Below are positions 23,762 to 35,900 of a DNA stretch of 64,000 bases, piece after piece. The position numbers and the translations under genes are program-made. Source of the DNA: Marsupella aquatica (Eukaryota; Plantae; Marchantiophyta); NCBI GenBank assembly GCA_973895155.1, contig OZ316898.1:5753079-5817078 (forward strand), written 5' to 3'. The notes below the pieces were generated by a model. That model saw nothing but the letters and a program-made list of their open reading frames with translations. It was not told the origin of the DNA and made no database searches. Each line of letters opens with the position of its first letter. The first letter of the stretch is position 1.

Positions 23762-25560
23762 TCAGAGACTCGACTCTGGGTCATGAACATTGCCAGAACT
23801 TCTTGTGTAGCTTAACGCATCAGTAGATTGAAGCCTCTTGATTGCAACGAATGGTCCATTTGTTTCATCTGTACTGTCTAAATCCCTATCAGCCCAATTA
23901 CCGTCTTGTGCGTGAAAAGGTTGAGTAGGCAATTGATCAATTACTAATCCAGCCTTCCTGGCTCGTAAATACCAGTTCGCTCCATCGTCGTTGTCGAAGG
24001 TTGAGTGCGGGACAGAAGCCCAACTGTTTTCCTTCTCTCGAGGTGGATTGATTTTTGATCTGCTTTCTATTAGTGTAGTTGTTGTATCTGCATTCGTCGT
24101 CCCTATCGACCCACTAACCGTTTGTGCTTCAGAAGGGTGATTGATCAAACTGAGCACTTCCTGATCCGATCATGCCTTCCTGTCTCATCAATACAAGTTA
24201 ACCCATTATATTGTCGTCGTCAAGGTTGAGTGGCAAATGTTTTCCTTCTAGAGGTTCATTGGTTTTTGATTTCCTTTCTACTGCCACACCAAGTCAATTC
24301 ACATACGTCAGTAAAGCTGCTTCCCCCCCTCCTGTCATGTCTCTGCTGTTACCCTATAGGTGAAGGGCTTATCAAATTTTGGACAAGAGTGAAAGATCCA
24401 TCAATCAACCCAAAATGTCACACGGAATCAGGACAACATCGGAGATGATTGGACAGCTCCATCAACTTCACTCCCGAGTCAACTCTTCTGTGAACAATTT
24501 TTCCCTTCTGCATTCTGGAACTTCGATTCTGCCACGTCTCTACACTTCGATCTGAAGTTGGGTCGAAGGGTCCACCTCATTGCATTGCCTCCGCGCAATG
24601 TCGTGAGAATGGAGGTGCTTGCCAGATGGAGGTCTTGACAACGACCTCCATCTGGATTTAGTTCCACACAAATCACATTTCGCCCAAAAGAAATTGCAGC
24701 ACCTTACAACAAACGACCTTTTCTGTAAGATCCGTCGCTTGTTTCCAAGTAAGATGCAGTTCCTTTGCAAAGAGCCCAAGCCATCAACAATTGGAATGAG
24801 CTTACTTCACAATGAGCCCCAAGCCATCAACAATTCGGAATGAGCTTTGGAATGGGCTTTACTTCACAATGAGCCCCAAACCATCAACAATTTCGAATGA
24901 GCTTTGTGCTTCGCTGTAGTCAGAGTCTGGAGCATCTTGCCAAACCAGACCTTTTCTATAGAGATCGTCGCCTTCTTCTTTCCCGACAGGATGCAAGTGC
25001 TTACGAACACTCCAAAATATTTCGCAAAAGGAATGATCGCCTGGTTGTTTCCCAACACGATGCAAAAGCTTTCACAGAACACCCGGAATGAGCTATGCAG
25101 CATCTTGCCAAAGACGGCCGTGTAAGTGACCTTTTCTATAGGGATCATCGCCTTCTTGTCTCCCAATCTGATACAGTTCCTTACAAGTGCCCAACATATC
25201 TTATGGAAACGCAAGTGAATTCCTCCAAGAAGACGGGACAGTTCTTAAATCCATCTTCACTCTCAAGTCAAGTTTGTTGGCGTTTCTTCCTTGGGTTTAG
25301 CAGATCTTCAATTCTCTCTGCCAGAGAAGGCTTTGCAAGTGACCTTTTGTATGGGCATCATCGCCGGTTGTTTCCGCATAGTTGCGACGTTCCTCACGAA
25401 GTAACCAAAATGTTGAGAAAGGTTTACAATACAGAAATAGATACACGGCGGAATTTCCGTTCAATTTCTCCAAAGTGTCAATTTCTCCAAAGTGGTTTCT
25501 TCCTCTGCTTCTCTCAACAAATCAAGCACTTCTGCCCCCAAGGAGATCATGGAGGTCCAA
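23762..25560 (-). pseudogene. Possible decayed coding region with internal repeats, product unknown
   Basis: Five diverged copies of a GACCTTTT..GATCRTCGCC..GATRCA-type unit at about 24716, 24948, 25035 (partial), 25128 and 25341. On the - strand they read as similar peptides (RNCILLGNK, STCILSGKK, SFCIVLGNN, RNCIRLGDK). 23982-24070 is duplicated at 24211-24282. Stops and frameshifts break the frame. Confidence 0.35.
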
Positions 25561-26310
25561 GACCGACCGGTTCCTAAGTTTATTTTCTTAGTCGAGGATT
25601 ATATGAATCAACGATCCTGGATTTCCATTTCCATGAGCGCCAAATCAGCATAGAAATTGAAATTGCCAATGAGCACTAATTTTGTATAGAATTGAACTAG
25701 TCTTGCAAGCTCGGCTGAAAGAACAAGAAAGCCAATGAAAACCAACTCAGTACAGAGGTTGAACTATTCGGAATCGCCAAGGGGTACCAAGTCAGTATAG
25801 AAATTGAACAAGGGTCCAATGAAAGCCCTTCAAACGTATTTTGGATGAACATAGAAACGCTGATATAATTCAGTGCCACAACGATGAGGGATGGTTGTCA
25901 CCAAGTGAACCTAGGGTGACCGTCAAGGCAATTAGACTGGAGCGAGCATCAGCATTGGAGTCGAACACATCGCAACAACAGCTCGTTTAGAACCAAGGGC
26001 CGGGCGGTGATCGGACGTTCCATACAATCACTATCCATGCGAACAGAGCGCCTTATTATGTTCATAGAAATTGACGGCAGTACGACAGTCTGTTGGATTG
26101 CCTTGCTTTCTTTGCTTGGATCGGTATGGGAAATGAAAGGTGTATCTCACTGGGCTAGCATCGCCGGTCATGATAGCCGGTTGCCAGTCAGTCAATCGAT
26201 CTCTGCAAGGAATGGTGCGGCGGATGTGCAACAATTTCAGCGCATCCGCGAGCGTCGGCTTCGGTTGGGTCTTTCGCTAAATCGCGTGTCCTGCATTGAT
26301 GACCATTCTT

Positions 26311-26413
26311 GAGCAAAAACAGATCGCTTCTCACTGACTGACTGACTCGAGTCTCTCAGTCGTTTTTCCAATTCTTGAGTCCGTCAGGCAGTGAGATGTT
26401 ATCTCTTTTGTTC
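26311..26413 (+). ncRNA. Candidate pre-miRNA hairpin
   Basis: Upper stem TCTCACTGACTGACTGACTCGAG (26329-26351) pairs with CTTGAGTCCGTCAGGCAGTGAGA (26374-26396): 23 positions, 2 mismatches, 1 G:U. Lower stem GAGCAAAA..AGAT pairs with ATCT..TTTTGTTC. No TSD or TIR context seen. Confidence 0.55.
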
Positions 26414-27566
26414 GGTTTCATTCAGTCCCTCTCTCGCTCTCTCTCTCTCTGATTGATAGGCAGGAAATTGACAGGCAAGAAGAAGGATGTTGCGGGTTTT
26501 CTAGTCTTCACCACATCCTCTGTAAAACGATAATACTCCGAACCACAGCAAAAAACGACTCGATCGATCCACATCGAACGTGACTCAATCCCAAATCACA
26601 TCCAATTGAGCAAAATCTAAATTTCGATCCATGCCAAGCTTGAAGGCAGTGTGAAGTGTATCGAATGCAAAGAGATAATTTATGTAGATAAGTTATTTCT
26701 GCCAGCAACCTCATGACTCACTGGACTCATGACGACATGAGAAAAGGCCACGAAGGAAGGTACAGGAGTTTCCTTCCGGCATTCGGGAGGGGGTTGGTGG
26801 TGCACTTGAAATAGAATTGGAGCTTGTGGGTGTGAGAAGCACCGGTGTACCAGATCGCTTTACTGTAATTATGAGCCAGACGTTTCTTTGGTTTGCTTCG
26901 CATCCAAGTCAAGGATTCGAGGAGCGCGTCTTCAGCTCAAGAAAGCTTCGAGCGATTCGTTCCGGACAATAATGTAAAAGTGGCTTTATACCAAATTGGG
27001 GGCCCAGTTGAATATATTAACGAATGAGTTTTGAGGGGCAATTAGTATAGGATAAAGGGCACACAGTCCCTTTTAGAGGTATAGAGTGATCATATAAATA
27101 ATAGTAAAGGGTAGGGTATACAATTTTATCTTACTTTCAGGTCCTGTGTTCACTTATGGTTGGACCTGATATTGATGTTATGTTTGCTAAGCTGCTCAGC
27201 TTTGCATTGAGACAGTATAGCTTATAATGAAAAGTTAAAACCTTCACGTGGAGAGGAGTAAAAGGGCAAGCGCGATGCATGATAAGTGAATGAGTGACCT
27301 TAAAGTGTCCATAATGAGCGAGTTTGAAGGGTTATTGTTGTCCATAATGCTCTTGTAACAGTACATTAAAGGCCCATTTCTAGTAAAAATAGAAGGATTT
27401 TGCTTGAGTTGTTGTTACCTCTCAAAACAAATTGGGCTACTTCAATATAGAGGAGAGGTTTCATGATAAGCATATCCAGATCTTTACTGTGCATTTTTGC
27501 AGTGTTGCCATAAATGAGTGAATATTAGGAAGAGAAAAATCACCAAGTGCATTGAGGTTTGAGAAA

Positions 27567-27970
27567 ATAATCTAAGGGTGGATTTACAAGAAATTGGAGG
27601 CCACTTGGTTCTGAAATAATGCAAGGGTGGGATTACAAGACTTTGGGCCCATTGTTTCATTTCATTTGCTTTGAGATTAAATCTGGACAGTATAATAAGT
27701 AGAAATGACTGCAGTTGACTTTACAAAAACTCAGGAGCCCATTCTAGTATGTTGTCATCGACCCTACATAATTGCAAGTGGCCCAATTTGATTGAGCAAT
27801 ATTATAAGGGTGGTTTTACAAGATTTTGGGGCCCATTGTTTCTTTTTATTCTCTTTGAGATTGAATCTGGACAGTGTAGTGAGTGAAACAACTCCAGTTG
27901 ACTTTACAGCCTCTGGGCCCATTAATTCAGGTATGATATCTACCCATCCTACATGGCAAGTAGCGGGCCC
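27567..27970. repeat. Degenerate tandem duplication, about 185-bp unit (2 copies plus a partial)
   Basis: AAGGGTGG..TTACAAGA..GGGCCCATTGTTTC..CTTTGAGATT.AATCTGGACAGT..CAGTTGACTTTACA repeated at about 27623 and 27806. Confidence 0.75.
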
Positions 27971-28300
27971 CAATAAATGCTGCTGTCAAGTGCTGGTTTT
28001 TGTCTAGAACTTTTGACCACACACTTCAAGAGGTGGTCCAAACATTTCCAAACTTTGACTCGTTGAGATTCAAGAGATTTTCATTTCAAATGGGTTTTGG
28101 TCTATAGGTTATCTTTAGAACAAGAAGGGACCTCCAGTTTGCATTGGTGAAACTCCCTCAATCTTCTAAAGCCACCCTAAAGAACAGATTGGCATCAGGA
28201 AACAACCAAATAGACCAATGAGCCATTTCAAAAACTGCCAAATCTCACCAAATCTCACCTCCAAATTGAAGTCGTACCTCCCAATTACCCTTAAAAATTA

Positions 28301-28540
28301 TACAAGGGGTGTTAGGAATTGACTCTAGTTCCCAATAGTACTTAGTTTGGCTTTACCAGTTAGTCTGCCCTTGATTAGTTTAGGATAAGATACACTTATT
28401 TAAGCCCATACATTGTAGTCCCCCTTGGGAGATATAGTATTCCTCACATGTACTCTCTCATACTATGGAGTTCAAGAGTTTTCTCCATTGTGGTGTCTTG
28501 TTGATTGAAATTGAATGTGTGCTCATGTTTGGCATTTGTG
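28301..28540 (+). repeat. Dispersed repeat family (possibly old LTR fragments); relatives at 59351-59607 and about 50080-50150
   Basis: Shared blocks TGTTAG.AATTGACTC.AGTTCCCA, TTAGTTTAGGATAA, CACTTATTTA.G, TCACATGTACT.TCTCAT and CCATTGTGGTGTCTTGTT. Confidence 0.7.
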
Positions 28541-29027
28541 CTGCCTAGTCAGTCTTTCCAGATTACTACAAGGGGCAAATCTATGAAGGATCAAAGGGGA
28601 TTTGCCAAATCTAGAAGATCTAATGGCCATCCATTTTTCTAGGACAATCTGGTGGTAGATGTATCCTTGATAGTTACGAAGAGGCTTCCATGGTGAGGAC
28701 AATCACCACCATGGCTTCCCGAGTAACCAAACAAGGAAAACATACTGGACCAATCAGTAAGTGGAAGCTCAGATGGATAAAAGCACTTGACACTACTTGA
28801 CGTACTTGTTCAAGAAAACCAAAGAAATGAGGGGTTTTTCCCTCCACCATTTATGTCCATTTGAGCTTTCATCTTTCACTACATTTATCACTGTATTTTT
28901 TTTTTAGTTGTTCAAGAAAACCAATAAATCAGGGTTTCTCCTCCTACAAGCCCGTTGCACATCGCGGTCACAAGAGGCCCAAAGTTTTTTAAAAATTAAA
29001 CCAAGTGTATATCATTCACTAAGCAGG

Positions 29028-29230
29028 GGGCCAGAATAGCTCAGGTCTTGAGACTTGGGGCCAGGAGGTCTCAGGTTGAAGCCCCCTCTCACTGGTTGTG
29101 GGAGAGAGTGCGACTACACACAAATCTACTCTGAAGGAAAGAAATTCCTTGCCAAAAAGAGAAGAAGCTCAAGCCTTCTGACCAAGAGATCTCAGGTTCA
29201 ATTCCCCTCTTAGGGTGTGTGTGGAGGGCA
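29028..29230 (+). mobile_element. Degenerate tRNA-derived SINE-like heads (two copies)
   Basis: A-box-like TAGCTCAGG followed by TCTCAGGTTGAAGCCCC, and AAGCTCAAG followed by B-box-like GGTTCAATTCC (about 29195). No cloverleaf can be folded. Confidence 0.35.
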
Positions 29231-29626
29231 AGTGGTGGTTATGGCTATTATGGATAATACTTCATTGAGGTTCATTTGTAGTTGCCCTTGTGTGACTACG
29301 TGCACTTCATTTTTTGTAGGATTCAAGAAAGTCACTTGCTTCCAATTTCAAATTAAAAAAGAGGCCAAAATACAAGAGATTTAAGAGTTCAGAAAGGCAA
29401 CTACCTAAGAAAATTTAAACCACAGCTGCCACAATAAAAGCCCCCCCCCCCCAAATAGGCAAAGGGCACCCTGCAAATGTCTTAGAAGCCAGGGCAAGAG
29501 GATGAGAGTGTGATAGGCTCATAAGTGAGACCCCACAAAAGGAGGACAAATGGACTTTGTGAGAAATCACATTGTTTATAGTCTTGTACAAAGTAGTGGA
29601 TTATGATTATGCATCAGTTGCACCAC

Positions 29627-29721
29627 ATGTGTCTGGCACGAGGGTGTTCTGGCTTTGAATCACCAAAGGTTCCAGCCCAAGGGTGATTCTAAGTCAGAAC
29701 ACCTGCTTCGACCAGATATAT
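29627..29721 (+). ncRNA. Second hairpin (pre-miRNA-like or small MITE remnant)
   Basis: GGTGTTCTGGCTTTGAATCACC pairs with GGTGATTCTAAGTCAGAACACC (22 positions, 1 G:U, 1 mismatch, 17-nt loop). Lower stem ATGTGTCTGG pairs with CCAGATATAT (2 G:U). Confidence 0.45.
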
Positions 29722-29725
29722 TCTC

Positions 29726-29890
29726 GATGGACCACTAAATTGAAAACAATAATGCATTGTGTTTTTTGATGGACCCCTAAATTAAAAAAAATTAATGCAT
29801 TGTGGTTCTTGATGGACCCCTAAATTGAAAAAAATAATGCATTGTGATTCTTGATGGACCCCTAAATTGAAAACAATAATGCATTGTGGT
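29726..29890. repeat. Minisatellite, about 42-bp unit x 4, in or near the TASH3 3' UTR
   Basis: GATGGACCCCTAAATTGAAAACAATAATGCATTGTGGTTCTT repeated four times with few changes. Confidence 0.9.
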
Positions 29891-29993
29891 TGCCGTCGAC
29901 GCTTTTCAGCTGGGAAGGAAAACCTGTAGCTTTTGGCGTGGGTAGTACCCCAAACGGGGTCATTGCACACAGATACTCTTGATAGTTATTGAT

Positions 29994-32900
29994 CTAGAAG
30001 GCACTGATGTACAAGACAGGAACAAGCCCACTAACTTTGCCATCTGGGCCCGGAACTTTCTTCTTCACCTGCACAAATGACAGCGATCAGAAAAAATTCC
30101 TTCCACATGCTTGGGAGAAGCTACTAAGCCTGGACTAACAAGGATACACGCACACCAGAAAACTACGAAAATTTTCCAAAATCACGTCCACTGCACCACA
30201 TGCAAGCTTCTTAAAACACATCCGAGGCGAAGCTCTGAGCATACAAGCCGAGCTGAGAAGTTGACGACAACTGATCAATGAACGACAATTCACACAAGGG
30301 ATTCATAAGTTCAACCGCTACTTACATAGTACCACCCATCGACTTCGTATTCTATTTCCAACTCATCTCCGGCAGCAACGCTCACCTGTCATAGAACAGA
30401 AGTTGGTCACGATGCTCTACACCGAAAATCAGGACGTTTAACAGTACTTCAATGCTGGTCTAGATGCGTACCTCCTCATCCCCACCAGCTGTAAAGTCAT
30501 ACAATGCCCTCCCTGGCTGGATGTCATCATCGAGATAATCACCGTCTCCTGTACTTTGCACAGACTCATCGTTGAATGAGCCTGTTCTGGATAAATTGGA
30601 AAGTTCTTCTTGCTTCCATCCTGATATTTTCTGCAGGCGAAAACCGCTTATGTCAACAAAATTTTAGAAAACATTTGACCTCTTAAGCTCTCAAATAGAA
30701 ATTGACTGTAATGAGTCCAGAAACTGGGATCGACAGAAATTGTCCCCAAAAGCGGATTTCTGCACTTGGGTCTGAGCTTTCGCATCTTACTACAGAGGAT
30801 GAGGGTGAGCCAGTTGTTGAGAGGGAATCCCGCAAAGTAGATGCTGCTCTTGAAGGCTTTTCATCCTGAACATAAAATATATCAATTGAAATAAGTAGAG
30901 ATACCAAGCTCAGGGAAAACAACATTTACGGATTTCACCACATCTAACCCTAGCGTTCCGACGCAGATAACGACCACCTAGCCGTATGTATGGCTCTCAA
31001 CGCTGAGGCTAACTCATTGTTGTTATTTGGAAGCTTTGAAATTGCACAAAATGAATGCAAATGATGCAGACTCTCAATTTCCAGTTGTAAGGCAAACAAT
31101 ATCGGACAACAGGGGACTAATTGTCCAATGTGTCTTTGGCGCACATGCACGCGGCGTCTCTGTTCATTAAGGGATTCTTCGCTTGAAGAAATGCCGAGAG
31201 AGTGTGAGACGTCTTCAATAGCATCTGCGTTTTGACAATATGTGCAAGTGGGAGGGATTGTCAAAATGGAAATCCAAAGTACGATAGAGAAGTAGATTTG
31301 TGAAACCCACCAGACGAGTGTTTTGACCAGGTGAAGGTGCGAAGAGAGACGCGTATCTATTGCTGCCGTATCCTTTCAATGAATATCCTGACTCTGGCGA
31401 TGAGGCTCCCGACGAACGATCATCCTGCAAAAACAATAGTGTAGTCGACACAAACTTTTGAAAAGTTCACCAGCCGTATACTATTGATATATACAGTAGC
31501 TTTGGCACGTCTCACAACGAATGATGCACTTCCTTCCCATCTCAACATACCTCCACATCTGACGTTTCCGCGAGACCCTTACTGAAGATGTCATCATACG
31601 CTACAGATTGGCGTGCAACACTAACATCATCTTCATCTGAATCATCAGCCTCCGGAGCATCTGTTCCACCACCTCCAAGAAACTCATTCACCTGAAAGCC
31701 ACGTTTAAGTACCCAAATACAGTCAGAGAACAATTATTGCATTCAGAAGCCTAAAACAACGAGTCATTTTCCACATACTTAATACTTGAGACAAATCTTA
31801 CCGCTTCCTGCCCAGCAGTATTCCACTCGAAGTCATGATACTCATTATACTCTCTTTCATCATTCTCATCCTCTGGCAACATTGACGTTTGGGCCGGGTC
31901 AGCATACAGAGGAGGATAGTCAAGCCCTCCAGCTGCAGCTTTGGGATCCAGTAGGTCGGATATTCCTGTTGCGACTGCTGGATCGTCAAGCCCCATGGAA
32001 ACATCAATCCGATGTCGTTTGCGATATATGTTCAGTAGATGTGCACTGCACATGACCAAAGTAAAATAACATACGCGTTAAGAACCCAACTGTTCCCTCG
32101 ATAACTTTTATTTCTTCATATCTCCACCAACTAATTTCAACGGCATCCCTCACATGGTTTTATAATTCACAGAGACCGAACACACCTTGTTGGCCCAACT
32201 GGCAGATACTTCGATCGAGGAATGAAACAGAAGAGGGAACAAAGATCAAGAAGTCGTTCGTGAGTTTCAAATAGTTTCTTCAATTCATCGTCAGTCCATT
32301 CCTCCTTCCTATTATCATGATATCTAATATCCCTGGAAAAACAAATACATTAAACCGTTTAGATATACGCCATAGCAGGCTGATCATCCCGGGTCAAAAG
32401 TCAGAAATCTAGTATTCATTTCCTTCCCAATATAGAAAAGGCAGTCGTCACTAGGTTGGCCCTCACGTAGAGAGATCTAGATTACACCTTTGGATTTCTA
32501 CTAAGTCACAGATCCGGAGCCTTATCCATACGCAATACCAATGCAATGAATATATCACAAGCGAGATCTATTAGAACAAGCTTACACGACCATATTTTCA
32601 ACTCTGATTGTTTCTATTTCTCCATAAACGAAAGTGCATCCAAAACTACTCATACTATATTGGATATTTTTGCCTTCATGCTACTTACTTGATAAGTTGA
32701 TCTTGAGCTTTGTACACCTCATCCAAAACCGTCAGCATTGAAGAGGTGATGGAACTTAAGCCTGTCCCACTTGCCCCTTGGTCCTCACCATTGTTCGCGG
32801 CCACATCTGATATTCTTCCTCTAGTACCTCCCCGAGCTAATGCGTGCAAGAAGTCATATATCTGCAACCTGTATGGCTCGCCTGATCTGATTGCAATAGT

Positions 32901-35900
32901 TATCAAGGCTTGAGCAGCAACTATTCGTACCTGCAAACAGCAAAGTTCGATTAGCACAGCCACAGAAAGATCTCATAACATGATCTATCAAGATATGCAA
33001 ATCGGTTCTGTATACGTTGCGAGTCCACTGGAAAGTAAAACTGGTGCTTTTGTTACTAATTGTAATGCCAGTACACCGATTCTCCATCATGTGGACAATG
33101 GGGACGCCACGTCGGGTGTGTGCATTCGTGGGGACCAGACAACATAAACAAATAGCAGCAGAGCTACCGGATACATGCCAATGTTTTGCTTCCTATCAAT
33201 TAATGATATGAAACTACACAACACAGTTTAGCCTACTTAGAACGCGATTAATCTGGACCCCTGTTTAAGGGCTAATAAAATCCCCTGGAGAGAATATTCT
33301 ACATTCATCATTACAATTATACAAAGAATGATTATCCTAGTCATATGACGGAAGCTTAGAAGAGGCATCTACGCAAGGGAAAATACTTGGAAGGAAATTA
33401 CCTCCCAACTTCCACTGAATGCACACCGCTGAAGGCGTGTGAGTGCTCCTGCAAGGGTGGGGTTTCTTGAATTTGCAGCAGCAACCATTTTGTCTGAGTC
33501 AAGCATCAATAGACCAGCTGCTGGGGGAGTTGATGTATCCCAAGCATATTCTGAGGCTGCATAATTGGCATTCTCGCCCAAGAACCATACCTGCATACAA
33601 CATTCATTTGGAGAGAGTGATATTCCAGCCAAATAGCTTTGGGCGAGATATGGCACATACTGGGTAGCGACTGCAAGGCATGCACGTCAAGTTGGACAGC
33701 AAAGACACATAGGACAAAAGACACAAATATATGCCCAAGAATTGTTCTGCTGTAGACAAATAGGACATTAAGGCAGAGAAAGATGAGAAGTAGAGCTTAG
33801 GAAACAAATCTGCGAAATAGGTCAATCGAAGTGTGGAAGATCATACAGCTGCTTGGATCAGCCGCTGAAGAGCAAGCGCTGACTTTGGATCCGTTGCAGA
33901 GGACCTTCCATACCCAGCCATTGCAGTAGGAGGGGGTGGAGGAAGGTCCAAAACAATAGTCACTGCCTCGAGAGCTCTGTGCTTACCCTCTGCTCCACTA
34001 CCTATTAGACATGTCTGTACAGGCAACCGATACTGGGTTAAATGGAATGCAAAGGTTTCGGACCAGGGTCTGGCAAAGACAACACGATTGGGTTAGTGTT
34101 CTAAGTGGAAAGAGCGTTTCTTCGGAAAGTGGAAGGAGAGTTATTTAATTGCGAGTTTAAATTTTCACCTTCCAAAGAAGCTGAAGAACATCTGAATCAA
34201 TCTTCCCTGGAACTTTTGTAGCAAAGAGCCTCGAAATATCGAGTAAAATGACTGCCATCTCAGGTGTTGCCTGCAGATTTACAGAAATGAGTGAATTCGA
34301 TCAATTCTATGATATGCGCATGCACTACATCAAAATTGTCAACCTCGCAATGGCAATGATGTCCGTCCGATGCAGAGAATTTTGAACCAAATTTCAACCC
34401 CACAACTCCAGACTAATTGTCACTACCGGAGAAAATGGAAATGATAGGGAAGTGATGGATGACAAACCTTGAAACGGGCATGTAGGGTCAAAAGTATGTC
34501 ATTCAATACTGAGGCAGGCCAAATAGGATCTGCAAGCTCTCCGGCTATAATGGACTTCAGCTCATCAGCTGATTCGTAAGGAGAGTGCATCCAGATCATG
34601 GATTTAATAACAGCAGCTCGGACATATACACATTCACAGGCCACTATGATTCGCACTGCTTCCATCAGTGATGACAGCATGGTTGCTATTGTTTCTTTTC
34701 CACCCGTAGTAGATATCTGGGAGGGAATCGAACTCATTCTTGCCCTAGAGCCTGTACAAACATTGTAAGGAGTTTTAGATCCATGTCCTCAAACTCTAAG
34801 CAAGTTCAAGACAACACAGTATTTTACGAAGCAGAGAAGATGCAGCTACCTTCATAATCATCTTCATAATCACCCGTATCTGCCCGAGCATCTTCATCTA
34901 TTCGAAGGCCAATAGCAAAAGCTGCTGCACGGCTCTTTCCTATCTCTTGCACAATTCTTACTGCCGCATGAAGCACTGGCCTTGAGTTGCTTCTTAACGC
35001 TGACTCCATCCTGTGAACGCAAAAGATTCCTTGAGAACAGTAAACACATATGCAAACTCACTTACCTCTCCAGTTCAAACGATACCAGAACAACAATTAT
35101 TAACACTATAGACCTGGAAAATCCAGAAAGAAGCCGGCTGATTCGAAACACGAATCAACATGAGAGGGACACATGTACAGAAGCAATAAAGGCTAGAAGA
35201 TCTAGTAATCTACAACCATTTTAACGAAGAGGTGAATCAAGACCATTGGGATGAGCAATCAAAAACCCAATCGATGCTTGACATATATCCGTCAGCACTC
35301 AGTTTACTGATACAAATCCGTGCGAATTACATTTCCCCTAATCCGAAAGACCTATGAAAGCCATGCACACGAATTTAACATGCATAGACACATCACAAAC
35401 AAACATGAATCACACAATTTCAGAAGATATTTCGCCATGATGAATCACCTATACAAGTTGAGTAACATGAAAAACAATCAGATTGGTAAAGAAAATATTT
35501 CAATCCCAACGAACCTTCTCATGACCAACTTGATGACAGGTTGAGGACGACGCGGCCGAGGTGCCTGCCGTTCTTTAGGAACTCTAGGAGGGACACCCTC
35601 TTTTGACTCGACGACAGTCCCATCTTTTGCCGCACCTTTTGATCCATCCTTCTTTGGGATTGGAGGTGGTTCAGGAAACTTCAATATTGCTGTTATCAAA
35701 TGTGCCCATCCCCTTGCACGCACTTCTGCGCTGCAGGTTGCAACAAGTCAAGCTGAATTACATGGACGATCCTAGAGCTTCAAATCAGCTGCTATTTTCA
35801 TGAGGACGAGTACTACATCACTCCATACAAATCTGTTTAAGGGATTCATATAGCCGAGACCATGTCGGAAAGATTGAAGTATGGAACATTCACATGGAAT

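Noticed and set aside
29028-29230. Functional tRNA gene
   Set aside because: No acceptor stem or complete cloverleaf; only box remnants.
30866-31310. Possible extra TASH3 exons (DAIEDVSHSLG.. and GRYLRRNAR)
   Set aside because: They need weak donors or inconsistent phases, and the model is already in frame without them. RNA-seq is needed to decide.
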